The notes below the pieces were generated by a model. It did not search any database. It was not told the origin of the DNA and saw only the letters and a list, made by a program, of their open reading frames with translations. From the NCBI GenBank assembly GCA_964016885.1, contig OZ024740.1:299646001-299710000 (forward strand): a stretch of 64,000 nt of DNA. Reading direction: 5' to 3'. Source of the DNA: Eledone cirrhosa. Taxonomy: Eukaryota. This document shows, in pieces, positions 48,792 to 61,410 of this stretch. Within the stretch, counting starts at the first letter, position 1, and every line of letters begins with the position of its first letter. Both the position numbers and the translations under genes were made by a program.

Positions 48792-51700
48792 AGAGACATG
48801 AGGGCGGCTGACCATTTACCAGCCACCAGCCCGGTCAACCACCATCAAGTGATGATTATACTGATGCCCCCCCCCCCACCCTCATGGAAATCGTGCAGCC
48901 CGATACCCGGGACGCAGAGAGGTAAGTGCCTTTTCTCTTCACCAGCAACATGGCTATGCTAAGAGTAGGCTGTCTAAATGCGCGTGGCCTGGGCTCAACT
49001 TGGAAGCAAGCAATGCTTCTAAATGATCTCAGGTCACAACGTATAGATGTGATGGTTATTTGCGAGGCCCGGATCAGCAACGTGCGACAGCTGGCCCCCA
49101 CCTTTGATGACTTTGAGATGCACGCATCTCTCTGTCAGCCCGGAGGTGGGGGTGGGGTTGTCGTTCTGCTGCAAAAACATCTGGGTCTCGCAACACAGAC
49201 GGTACATTTGGACCCGGAGGGTCGACTAGTGGTTCTGGACCGTGGCAGTGGTGAAGGCGGAGCGTTTAGGTTGCGGCCGGACTTCTTCCATCGTCTGGAG
49301 ACTTTTCTAGGGACGTCCCGCTCCTTGCTATTAGTGGGGGACTGGAATGGTATCCTAGATGCACGTTGGGACTACGTAGGGGCCTGTCCCGATAGAGAGG
49401 GGTGTAATAGCCTCAAAGGGTTAATCGGTCGATTTGACCTGGCCGATAGATATCGACTAGATTTTCCGACTGCGCCAACCTGGACTTGGGCAAACCGTAG
49501 CGGATCATCTAGGTCGCACCTAGATAGGTTCTTAGTTAGAAATAAGGATAAGGACTTTTTAAGTTGTCCAAAAATGCTCATGGTTGGCTATTCAGACCAC
49601 AAGTTAGTGACCTGCATGGTCAACCTTAACAGAACGCATAGACAGGGACCCGGTTACTGGAAGCTCAACTTGTCCTTACCGGCAAGTAAGGCTTACAGGG
49701 ACCGGATTAGCACTTTAGTTAAAGAGCGGTTGACGGCCGCCATCGTCAACAGAAGGTGGTGGGGATCTCTCAAAAGAGAGATTAGAGTAGTCTATAGAAT
49801 TTAGTAAGGAGTTAGCCTCAAATAGAAATAGGAAGGAAAAGGAGTTGGTAGATAGTGTAGAAGAGGCAATTAGAAGCGGTGACGTGGCCAGAGTGCTAGC
49901 ATCGAGAACGGCCCTGGGCCAGTTCTTCGACGCGAAACACGAAGGCTGCATCGTCCGAAGCAAAATACGTGCTCTGGAGAACGAGGGGACCAAAGCTGTT
50001 AGCTGGGCCCGCGTGACAAAAGCCAAAAGAGGCAGTAGATCCACTATCCGGTCTTTGCGAGACCAGGATGGACGGGTGATTCTTGAGTCTAAGCAGATGT
50101 GCGAGGCTTTTCAAAAGCACTTTGCCAGATTGTTCGGAAGGGGCGGGGAGCCGGTTGGGGAAGTGGACTTCGGTCCATACCTCGACGGCCAGCCGCGTCT
50201 CTCGGACAGGGAGGCGAAGTCCTGCGAGGAGCCGATTTCAGCCGCTGAGATAGAGGACGTGCTGAGCCAATGCGGCAAACGCAAATCCCCGGGTCTCGAT
50301 GGTCTTCCATAGGAACTATATCTAGCTGTGCTGGACTTGTTCCCCGATCTCCTCAGGGCGGTCTACTGCAACTGGCAACAGAACGGGAGAATTATCTCTG
50401 CTGTGACAAAGGGCGTAGTCACGCTAGTGAGGAAGGACGAGAACAAGAGGGATAATATAAATAATTTCAGGCCCATAACTCTGCTAAATACAGAGTTACA
50501 GATTTTGGCCAATGTGCTAGCAAAGAGGTTGCGCTTGTCGTGGGCAACCTGGTGGGAGATGCGCAGACATGTGCTATCCCGTCCAGGTCCATCCACGACA
50601 ACCTCCACCTCATGCGATACATCATAGAGATGGTTCGGAACGAAGCCGGCTTTCGTGGGGCCCTGATCAACTTGGATCAATCTAAGGCGTTCGATAGGGT
50701 CGACCATGGTTACCTGGATGCGGTGCTAGCGGCGGCAGGCTTCGGACCCGTTTTCAGGGGCTGGATCAATGCCATGCACAGCAGCCGCATCGGCTCTAGG
50801 GTCAAGGTGAACGGCTACCTCTTGGAGCCGTTCGAAATCGCGCGGTCCATCCGACAAGGGTGCCCTCTCTCCCCCCTTCTGTATGTAATGACTCTAAAGC
50901 CACTGCTGCGGAAGTTGGAGATGTTGCAGGGCATCCCGTTGGAACCGGGATTGCGGAAGGCGGTGTCGGTCTACGCCGATGATGTAACACTAATGGTGTC
51001 GACGGCCTCGGAAATCGGGACGATCGGCACCTTACTGGAGGAGTACGAAAGGTTTACAGGGGCTAAACTGAACCGCAACAAGTCGATCGGTCTGCAACTC
51101 GGCACGTGGAGGGGCAGATCGATGCCCTCCGATGGCGTCGTCGGGCGCTGGACGGAGGGCCCGGTGAAGTTGCTCGGGGTCTGGTTCGGACCTGGCCTCC
51201 AGGTTGAGAAGAACTGGGGTGAGGTATACGAACAGGGTGTTTGCACTGACCCAGAAGTGGGCCGAGTGCAATCTGTCCCTGAAAGGTCGGGCGGAGGTGG
51301 CGAACACCTACCTAGCGTCCGTCATCTACTACCGCCTGACCGTTGTGCCTTGCCCAAAGGAAACGCTCGCCAAAATGGAGCGCGCACTCTTCCAATTCCT
51401 TTGGAAGAAGCGGGCTCCTATGGTGAGGAGATTCATCTGCTGTCAACACCCCTCGAAGGGAGGGCTGGGAATACCGTGGCTAATGCTACGGCACCTCCAG
51501 GTATTCCTCACCGGTCAACCGGTGTGGGCCCCGTTTGTGAGACGAGCCTTTCCCAGACTCGTCTCACTCACCGAACTGCAATCCTGGGTCAAGCAAAGAC
51601 CGAGAAAACTGGGCGCCTGGCACACCGAGTATGCCTAGACGCTCACGGCTCTCTGGCAGGCGGACCCGGCTGTCAGTAGAGAATCCACCTCGTCATTCTA

Positions 51701-52624
51701 TAGAGGGCTGGTGGTTAGCAGGTGCGACGACGCCCTCGGAGAAGCCCTAGGCATGGAGGAAGATGAACTGGCCAACCTGTTCGGTAGGACATTCATCCCG
51801 CGACCCATGGACAACTTCCAGAGGTTCCTGGCCTGGCAGTGCTACCGAGGGACTCTGCCCGTTCGAGAAAGACTCTACAGACACGGGCGCCCGGGTAGGG
51901 ACCCCTCGAAAAAGCTCTGTCCCAGATGCGTGTGCTACGAGGAAACCGTTGCACACGCATTGGTACACTGCTCGGGCATTGCCGATCTGTGTGGCTATGT
52001 CGAACAACTGCTGTCAAGGGTGGGAACGATCCGGTTGACCACCGAGTCTATTGTAACGATCAAGCCGCCTCCCCTCTTCAAAAACGAAGGAGAGGCGGTG
52101 TTTCTGTGCGTAATAGCCATGGCGAAAGAGGTTGTATGAGGGACGCGTCTGAAAGGACTGAGGTCAGACACCTTTCTCTCTGGCCAACAACTGGTCCGTT
52201 TCTTCCGATATCATTTCGGAAGAAGGATCAGGATGGAGAGAGAGGTGCTGCACCCCAGCCGTTTTTATAAAAGATGGGTGAAAGTGGCGAGAATGGCCCG
52301 TGTGAATGGGCCTTCACTCTACATCAGACTATAGGTGTGGAAGATGAAAGATCAAGGGAGCACCTCCTCTCTGTGCTCCTGAGGAGAAGGGTTGCACACT
52401 TTTTTCGGGGGTGTGTGCAACCCCCCAAGGCGCCTCCTCCCTATTGAGGATTTTGTTATAAAATTTATTTTGTTATATTTTATTTTATTTTTATACTTTG
52501 TTATTGCCTGGAGGAGGCAATAACAAAGTATACAAATTATTGAGGACGCCTTTTCATGTAAACTCCCCCCATTGTACTTGTCCCACTTTTTGATGCCCTG
52601 GTGGCAAATAAAAAAAAATTATTA
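48792..52624 (+). mobile_element. Divergent Tx1 subfamily copy, 5'-truncated in ORF1, ORF2 disrupted
   Basis: Colinear ORF2 fragments 48949-52333 (LRVGCLNARG, GDWN, RQGCPLSP, YADD, CPRC..HC); 3' end ccctggtggcaaataaaaaaaaattatt. Confidence 0.9.
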
Positions 52625-53731
52625 AGTCTACTTATGTCCATGTGGTGGAGGGGCGTATGCTTATAGTGCACTACTACCATCCTGTCAAAGACTGAGGCCA
52701 GCGGTGAGATAAGGTCACATTCAAGCTGGTCATGAGTGCTAGAAAGTGCCGCGAAAAATATTTTTTCCAAAAAAGTTATTTCCCTAACAAAGCTATATAT
52801 GTATGTGGCGTCAGCACAGTATGTTGTATGGTCAGAAATTACGATTAACAATTAGAAACATTAAATTTATGTTTAGAGTTAAAAGATGCCATTTAAGATG
52901 AAATTAGAAAAGTAAGATTTAGGTTTAAGTTTGGGAGATTAAGTTAAAGAATTTACAGAAGCAGGCTTTTAAGAAAAAGTATAAGTATATTATATATAGT
53001 CACGATAAAGTTTCAGGGTGGAATATAGAGTAAAGATTAAAGCCCATGCTTAGCGGACATTCACCACTGACGTTGCAGACCCCCGGCCACCAGCCCGGGG
53101 CCTAACGGCGTATCAACCGTTCCGAGTATTTTTGTCTAGCGAAAGAAAGGGAAATTTATTTTTCCAAACACTCCAGGAATGTTAACTATTTTAAGCGCTG
53201 GGTGTGCTAGCGGGAAGTCCGCCACCGTCATTTTGGCTATCGCATATACCTAGCGATTACTAGTTATTCACACTGTTGGGGGATTTAGATGAGTGCTAGT
53301 AGAAGGAGGCATGATAAAGTTAAAAGTTATGATTAAGCCTAGAATTTAAAGGTGCTGTTTGGCGGTTAATACCCGGTTGTATGGCGGATTCCAAGTCTGA
53401 CAGGGCCATAGGGCGAAACAGCCGTTCCGAGTATATTCGTTTACCGAAAGAAGGGGGAATTTAAGCTTTCCAAGCACTCTAGGAAGGCTGATCGACCTGA
53501 GCGCGTGGCGTGCAGTCGGGAAAGCCGCCATATCCGTCGGATCATCGCGTGTACCAAACGATTATTAGTTATTCACACCCGTGATGTGAGGTTTAAGAGT
53601 GGCAAAACCTGATGAAATGTGTCTATAGACTATATTTAGTCCCCAGTTAGTCCGGGTTATATGTAGTGTGAATCTTGACTGATTTTCAGCACCATGGATT
53701 TTGTCTATTATATTCCTTTGTTATATTTCGA

Positions 53732-53789
53732 ATACCTTATGATGTCACCGGATTCATACTGAACCCGGTCATTGAAATGATCATAGTAT
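53732..53789 (+). ncRNA. Hammerhead-like motif with G5U core change (inverted twin at 48683-48740)
   Basis: atac-CTTATGA-stem II (accgg.ttca tac tgaa.ccggt)-GAAA-tgatca-TA-gtat; probably inactive. Confidence 0.5.
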
Positions 53790-53834
53790 AATAAACCTTT
53801 TAAGGAATTACACCAGTCCAGCCACCTACTATTT

Positions 53835-53920
<86 letters not shown>

Positions 53921-54129
53921 CGAGGGGGTCTTGAACCTCTCCTGGCTTTGGGTAAAAGAAACAATAGGTGGATCAGTTAATTATGATTTTATTCAACATA
54001 TCCCCCTCTCACACTTACTGCAGCAGTCCTTCAGTTTTTCTAAGCCCCGTAAAAAGACCTTGGACAGTTGGGCCTCCAACTAAGCTTCTTAAATACACTT
54101 CAAGCCAGGAACCGATCAGCACCATCTCA
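53921..54129. mobile_element. mariner-derived MITE
   Basis: Imperfect TIRs cgagggggtcttgaacctctcctggctt / aagccaggaaccgatcagcaccatctca in a TA context. Confidence 0.6.
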
Positions 54130-54312
54130 TATGTATGTATAAAATAAATATAATTGAGAATATTTTCTGAAAGAGAACTGAATTGAGTCATAGAAAAATA
54201 AGGTGCTCAGCATATCAGAAGGGAAGTTACATATTTATTTCATATAAGTACAATTTCTACAAAACAAAAACTATTTCATTGGTTTGACTTGAAATCATCA
54301 GGATTGTAAGAT

Positions 54313-54501
54313 AATTGTTTCTACTTTAGGCACAAGGCCAGCAATTAGCCAGTGCATTTCTGGTACTTTATTTTATCGACCTCGAAATGATGAAAGGCAA
54401 AGTAAACCTCGGCAGGATTTGAATTCAGATCATAAAGGGCCGTAACTCTTTGCTGCAAAGCATGGCGTCCGACTCTCTAGCGATACTGCCAATCCACCGC
54501 C
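54313..54501 (-). mobile_element. Meta-like tRNA SINE, copy 4
   Basis: Matches the SINE at 9661-9843. Confidence 0.85.
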
Positions 54502-55193
54502 AGGAATGTAATATAATATTAGGCAATGTTAGTAATTAAACATTTCTTTGGGGCAAGAAATATAAGCATGCTGATCTTGTCAACAGGTATCTGATAATCC
54601 TCGTGTTCTTATAGCGAACGAAACAGGCCTAGTCATGTAGTATGCATTTCTGTATGAATTACATACACACACACATACACATTCACATACACACATACAC
54701 ACAGGCATATGCATACATACATAGATACATATACACACACACACACATAGATATATATATAGAGAGATAGATATTGATGTTGACTTTTCTATCTCTCTCT
54801 TCCAGTTGTTCACACACATGGGCTTCGGGCCTCCCCCTTCATTTTGTTGTTTCCCGTTTCATTCGCTGTGTTTTCCTTTTCTTCCCTTTTCCCTTCTATT
54901 ACAATTTTTTCACTCTTTTCCCCTTTTTCTCCCAATAACATCCTTGAGTTATTGACGCACTGGGTGAGACATATTGTCTTTAATGCGTTGGAATGTCCAA
55001 GACCCCCAGCAGACAGCTGATGAAGGAATGTCCTCTCTCCCGTTCTTGCTTTCCCCTTTTTATAAGTACACATATATATATATATATATATATAAGAAGA
55101 CGATCGACTTTCGTCAAATCGGACCGAGGGAACAATGTTTCCGTTGGTCTTTCCAATTGCTAATACTATCTATCGGTCGCAACTCCAGGTAGA

Positions 55194-55313
55194 AGGAGCA
55201 ACGTGAAATAAAGTGTCTTGCTCAAGGACATAACGCATCGCCTGGTCCAGGAATCGAACTCACAACCTTACGATTGCGAATCCAATTCTCTAACCATTCA
55301 GCCACACGCCTTC
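55194..55313 (-). mobile_element. CORE-type tRNA SINE, 5' portion
   Basis: Minus strand: ggcgtgtggctgaatggttag..gagttcgattcc..tgtccttgagcaagacactttatttcacgttgctcc. Confidence 0.75.
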
Positions 55314-55661
55314 ACCAATTTAATACACTAACAGAGATAGTTTAAAGCTAAACTCTGACTGGTAACCATCTCACTTAACAAACATTAGGTTATATTAAAA
55401 TATAAACCCAATTTAAGTGTTTGGGGTGCTAACAATATGTATAATGTGGAAAAAACCAGTTGTATTATTTTATGAGATATAATTAAAGTTATAGTATATC
55501 TCTCTCTCCAAACAATTGTTTCATTATAAGTTTTCTACAAGTTTGGGAGAATGTTTCCAGTTTATGTAGAAGCCTAATATATATTCATGTAAGAATATAT
55601 TTAGGTGGGCACTTATAAATCATCAGTGGAAGCCCATTAAACATTGATATAAGAAATCGCC

Positions 55662-55753
55662 GCCCGCATAGCTCAGTCGGTAGAGCATCAGACTTTTATG
55701 AGTAAATGCGTGAAGGTATCTGAGGGTCGCGGGTTCAAGTCCCTCTGTGGGCG
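55662..55753 (+). tRNA. tRNA-Lys(UUU) with 19-nt intron (55699-55717)
   Basis: Acceptor stem GCCCGCA/TGTGGGC, D arm GCTC/GAGC, anticodon arm TCAGA-CTTTTA..A-TCTGA, TTCAAGT T loop; intron at 37/38; T5 terminator at 55760-55764; one T-stem mismatch. Confidence 0.88.
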
Positions 55754-55759
55754 AAGCAG

Positions 55760-55809
<50 letters not shown>

Positions 55810-56055
55810 ATAGAATAGCTTTCACCGTATTTTTTGACAAAAGAAATTTTAGTCTGATAATGGGGTTTAGAACCCTCAGATAAATGGAAAAAGATGAGTA
55901 TTGACTCCCATGTACGTCAACACTCATCCTTTTCAATTTATCTGAGGGTTCTAAACGCCATTATGAGACTAAAATTTCTTTAGTGAAAAAATACGGTGAA
56001 GCTATTCTATTTTCTAATTTCAAACCCGCTCACTGTTTCAAAACATATTTATTTG

Positions 56056-56058
<3 letters not shown>
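55810..56058. repeat. (TA)n-embedded fold-back element with ~95-bp arms
   Basis: Arms at 55810-55905 / 55916-56010 plus an unpaired tail. Confidence 0.8.
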
Positions 56059-56094
<36 letters not shown>

Positions 56095-56098
<4 letters not shown>

Positions 56099-56255
56099 AT
56101 AATGTTCAAGACTCCGACAGCAGAGGTGAAGCTGTTTCGACAGCTATTTCTGGACTCGGGATCTTGGACATTTTCCTATTACCCACTCTACTACCCAAAG
56201 TATTGAGTACTCTGGTACGTTATGGTCCACCAGGTTCCTTACCACACTTTCTTCG

Positions 56256-56257
<2 letters not shown>
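56095..56257. mobile_element. Fold-back mini-element, family copy 3 (diverged)
   Basis: Shares ctattacccactctactaccc.aagtattgagtact...gttatggtcca with copies 1 and 2. Confidence 0.75.
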
Positions 56258-56675
<418 letters not shown>

Positions 56676-56753
56676 ATATATAAATTAGTCAAGAAGTACA
56701 AGTCAACACGTTAGAATTTACAGCATCTATTTATTATTATTCATTATACAATC

Positions 56754-56816
56754 ACTATTATATATATATATTTCGAAGATAACTGTCATGCAACAGTTAT
56801 GTTATCAACAGACAGC
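56754..56816 (-). ncRNA. Degenerate minimal hammerhead (A6U) in a (TA)n-embedded pLTR fragment
   Basis: gctgt-CTGTTGA-taac ataactgt tgcatg acagttat cttc-GAAA-(ta)5-TA-atagt. Confidence 0.55.
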
Positions 56817-56975
56817 TAATATTTCATTACTGTAATTATCCTCCGTCAGAATAAGCAGACTTATCTGTAAACTTCGTTGAGTGATCTATTTGGCATACAA
56901 GAGTGTCTGTGATTAACTAACACATCTTTTACAATATATATATATATTTATATATCCATACACACCCACACACAA

Positions 56976-57011
<36 letters not shown>

Positions 57012-57014
<3 letters not shown>

Positions 57015-57796
57015 TATGTATTTCCTAATGTTTGTTGAGTGAGTTGGAAATTGGTCGGAGTATCGTTAATGGCTTTCTCTGTTAATGTATTAAATATTAT
57101 ACTCTTGGATGGCCAGACATGAAGTTTCCCGATATTTAGGTATGACATTCTTTATTTATTTTATTTTTATATGAATATTGAATGTTTGTTCCTGTATCTC
57201 ATATCTATTATTTTGCCTGAGAAAATATCTATATGTATACTTAAGCAGTACGCACATATATTTATTTTTTCATATCCAGTTGAGTTCTTAACACGAGGTT
57301 TGGATTCTTAACAGGGTTCAATGACCTGCGTGTATATTATTTTATTTTTTACGATGACCTCCCCTTCCCATTTGGGGATAGTGTGAGATTTATTTTGTAG
57401 AACTGCTGTACTTTCAAACTACGCGGTTTTATGTAGCACTGACGGTGATTACCGCAAAATATTAATATTGATTTAGTTATTAATATTGATGTTACTTGGG
57501 CATCCCTACTGAAGATTTATGAGAGCCACTTGCATGGGAATACATTGATCTTATTCAAGCTTCTACATAACTAGGACACATTTCACCACTATGTAGAAAT
57601 CTTATAATGAAACGATCGTATGTGGAAAGAAGATTTATTTAACTATGTCTCATATAAAATAATACAGCCGATTATCCACACAATACAATATAGTTAGCAG
57701 CCCAAACGTATAATTGGGAATATACTTAGGTATTTCCTTATGTTTGTTGCGTGAGTTAGAAATTGGTCGGAGTATCGCTAGTGGCTGTTAATGTAT

Positions 57797-57803
<7 letters not shown>
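57012..57803 (+). mobile_element. ORF-less mini-PLE with ~80-bp direct terminal repeats and a hammerhead
   Basis: Direct repeats at 57012-57097 / 57724-57803; (TA)n flanks. Confidence 0.7.
57503..57626 (+). ncRNA. Type-I hammerhead with extended branched stem II
   Basis: tcccta-CTGAAGA-t-ttatgaga..(75 nt)..tcttataa-t-GAAA-cgatcg-TA-tgtgga. Confidence 0.6.
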
Positions 57804-57827
<24 letters not shown>

Positions 57828-57834
<7 letters not shown>

Positions 57835-58062
57835 TAATGAGCAGAACAAACAAACATTAAACAATCCTTTAAATAAATTAAAAAATGATTTAAATATCTA
57901 CCTGTTCATAATACTATTACCGGCGGTTTGTTCTGCTCATCAATTTTTATAGTTCTGGTATCTCGAATTAGTACCATAGAACAACAATTATATTATAGAC
58001 ACCCTATATCTCTCTATGGGTACTTAGTACTCAGTGAGATATTTACCTCCTTTATATATATA
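57828..58062. mobile_element. Short (TA)n-embedded element with 23-bp 5' inversion
   Basis: aaagattaatgagcagaacaaac / gtttgttctgctcatcaattttt inverted pair. Confidence 0.45.
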
Positions 58063-58122
58063 TATAAAAGAATAGAGGTGTATATATATACATATATGCT
58101 TGTGTGGGTGTGTATGTATATT

Positions 58123-58571
<449 letters not shown>

Positions 58572-58618
58572 GACGTAAATAAGAAAGTTATGAAAATTGA
58601 CTTACTTACTAACATTTC

Positions 58619-58697
58619 ACTCCAATTAATTAGTTTCTGTAAGGGGATAAATACAGTTATGTAATACCTGTAGAGAAGCCTTACGACATCAGGGAGT
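58619..58697 (-). ncRNA. Hammerhead ribozyme, downstream copy (A9U, probably impaired)
   Basis: Same fold as 59149-59227, but the core reads CTGATGT. Confidence 0.6.
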
Positions 58698-59148
58698 CTG
58701 TTCTCAGCTAAGCCACCAGGCAATGCGGGGACACTGGAAGCTTATATAACAATAATTCAGTGGATGGAAAAAAGCGAAAAAATCGACCGGAGCTAGATTC
58801 AAAGCACTGAAAAATTCGCTGCCTCCTTGGTCAAGTGGCAAATTCAAAAGAATTAATCACGTGACACTGAGGTTAACCAGCTTGGAGTGGGGGTGCTATT
58901 AAGACAGAGCCTAGCTACTACTATCAGTCACAGTAGTAATTTGGCAAATTTTGCTCAACAAATAATTTGGAGTAGAATATAAAGATTTAATATATCTACC
59001 GACATATGTATACAGATGCATACCTACGCTAGCAGATATATATGTTTTGTCTTAGTAACTTTGTAGTTCTATGCAGGGGAATGCAGAACAATTATATGAA
59101 AGACGTAAATAAGAAAGTTATGAAAATTGACTTACTTACTAAAATGTC

Positions 59149-59227
59149 ACTCCAACTAATTAGTTTCTGTAAGGGGATAAATACAGTTATGTAATACCCG
59201 TAGAGAAGCCTTACGTCATCAGGGAGT
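59149..59227 (-). ncRNA. Type-I hammerhead ribozyme, canonical core
   Basis: actcc-CTGATGA-c-gtaagg(34-nt loop)ccttac-a-GAAA-ctaattag-TT-ggagt. Confidence 0.8.
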
Positions 59228-59283
59228 CTGTTGCCAAATTACTACTGTGACTGATAGTAGTAGCTATATATATATACTCATAT

Positions 59284-59468
59284 AATTGTTTCTACTTTTG
59301 ACACAAGGTCAGCAAATACCCAGTACATTACTGGTACTTTATTTTATCGACTCCGTTAGGATGAAAGGCAAAGTTAACCTTGGCGGGATTTGAACTCAGA
59401 TTATAAAGGGACGTAACTCTATGCTTCAAAGCGTGGCGTCCGACTCTCTACCAATACTGCCAATCCAC
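59284..59468 (-). mobile_element. Meta-like tRNA SINE, copy 5
   Basis: Matches the SINE at 9661-9843. Confidence 0.85.
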
Positions 59469-59954
59469 GGTGGGCTGAGGAATATCTATGTGCGATATTT
59501 GATAGACTGCTCCTTATTCGCCACCTTATTACCTTCCTAGAAGTCTACCTTCTGTACAAACCAACTGACACATATATTTAAAGGCTAGTTATGTTATTGA
59601 GGTGTAATACCTGTTCCGAAATCAGGCCGTATGTTATTACTAAATATCTGTCTCTTATGGTCATTATTATCGATATTATGTGTATATATGTATGAGTGTA
59701 TGTGTGTATGTGTGTATGTATTTGTATGTACGTATGTATGTATGTTTGCATGCATATATGCATGTATGTATGTATGTTTGTATGCATGCATGTGTTTGTG
59801 TCTATACGTATGTATGTCAGGATTATATTGTTTTAGTACAAAAGTCTTGGTACTGAAAATGGCTTGGCTCCCAATACCTCTTCTTCTATTATGTATGTAT
59901 ATATGTATGTATGTATGTATATATGTCCTGGGTTCGTAATTTCATAAATGTTTA

Positions 59955-60010
<56 letters not shown>

Positions 60011-61209
60011 TGGCATATGGGACTTTTATTGGAATTTAGGCAACATCATCCAGGTAAGTATGTGTGTCTGCATACGTGTGTGTTTCCGCATTCGTGGATG
60101 TTACTGTATGTGTGGATTTGTATGGTTTCATAATATGTGTGCATGTGTATATGTTTTGTATCTGAACATGTTTACATGAAGTTATATCATGCAGCATTGC
60201 AGGAATGTTTTACCTATTTTTATTGTTGGATTGTACTAAGTATATATGTTTGTATGTATGTGTGTATGTTAGTATATATGTATGTATGTATGTATGTATA
60301 TATGTGTGTATGTATATATGTATATTTGTGTGTATTTGCAGGCATGTGTATTTGTGTATGTATGGATGTATGCATGAATGTATATGATAGATTTATTGAT
60401 AAATAGATAAATAGATAACCAAACAGAGATGTAGATTGATCTTGCCTGTAAGCCACAAAAACTTGGTGAATTAAAAAGTAAAACGTGAATTTCTGTTCAA
60501 TTATTGATATATTTATGTTTAAGATGACAATTAATCATATAAATTGAAGTTTTTATTTTACAATAGTTTACTGGAATGGTAGAAATCTTATTTTCAGTTG
60601 TTGTAATCGTGATAGAAAACTTTACTGTGACAGCATAATAACAGGACAACAATTAGATTACAACATACATATGAATAAATTAAAGTAAATAATATAAAGT
60701 TCCTGAGAGTAATTACTATAGAGGCGTTCTTAGTAATTAAATAAAGTCTCATGTTCCAGCTGCATTCATTTACTTTTTTTATTGATATTTTTATAAGTGA
60801 GCACTGTCTACATATACAATGTATTTGCGTTAACAATTCCAGCCAGGAATGTTTAGAAGTCTTCTTTGAATGAAAGATTTTAAACGCAAAACTAAATACG
60901 GGAATGGGAAGAAAAATTACTGAAGTACTATTTGTAAAAGATAGACATACATTAAGGAAAAGCGTCGAGTGTAAAGTCAACAAATATAAGGTAAAGAAAA
61001 TATATATATTTTTTCTGTTTATCTGTAAAACACACAAAAATTATAGTTGCACAAGGGTTGTAGAAACGAATTTTATATTGACAGCGTAACGTACGTCGTT
61101 ACACCTCCATCAGACTTGAACTGCAGGATCTTAAATATCTTTTTTAAAATTTGGTTTTGGTCAACTAAATATGTTTAGTTGTTCCAGCTTAAATATTTAT
61201 ATTGGTTTA

Positions 61210-61392
61210 AATTCGAATTAAGAGATCCCAGCTACGATATTATGGGCATGTGGTTAGATTAACCCAGGAAGAATCGCTGGACAGATAAAACGGGCAAACC
61301 CAACCGAGAGGATCCAGTCGGATCAGTTGGAGATGGATGCTTCTGCCGCTTGAATGAATGTTTGAGGATTCTGCCCCCACGACACTCTCATG
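61210..61392 (+). mobile_element. RTE 3' fragment, same family as 1765-2350
   Basis: gagatcccagctacgatattatggg..gggcaaacccaacc..tgtttgaggattctgccccca aligns by eye to ~1998-2245 with a deletion. Confidence 0.65.
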
Positions 61393-61410
61393 AATAATAA
61401 TAATAATAAT

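Larger units (their letters stand above)
48490..53840 (+). mobile_element. Composite unit: Penelope-type pLTR pair in inverted orientation (48635-48791 / 53679-53838) enclosing a Tx1 copy and ~1 kb of unassigned sequence
   Basis: ~157-bp inverted repeats, each with a hammerhead-like CTTATGA-stem II-GAAA-tgatca-TA; (TA)n flanks on both sides. Confidence 0.7.

Noticed and set aside
60024-60059. Possible 14-nt micro-exon (tttag|gcaacatcatccag|gtaagt)
   Set aside because: Splice motifs alone, with a weak polypyrimidine tract and no homology or partner exons.
60585-60690. Possible terminal exon after tcttattttcag (CCNRDRKLYCDSII...)
   Set aside because: Short, no recognisable domain; cannot be distinguished from chance without transcript data.
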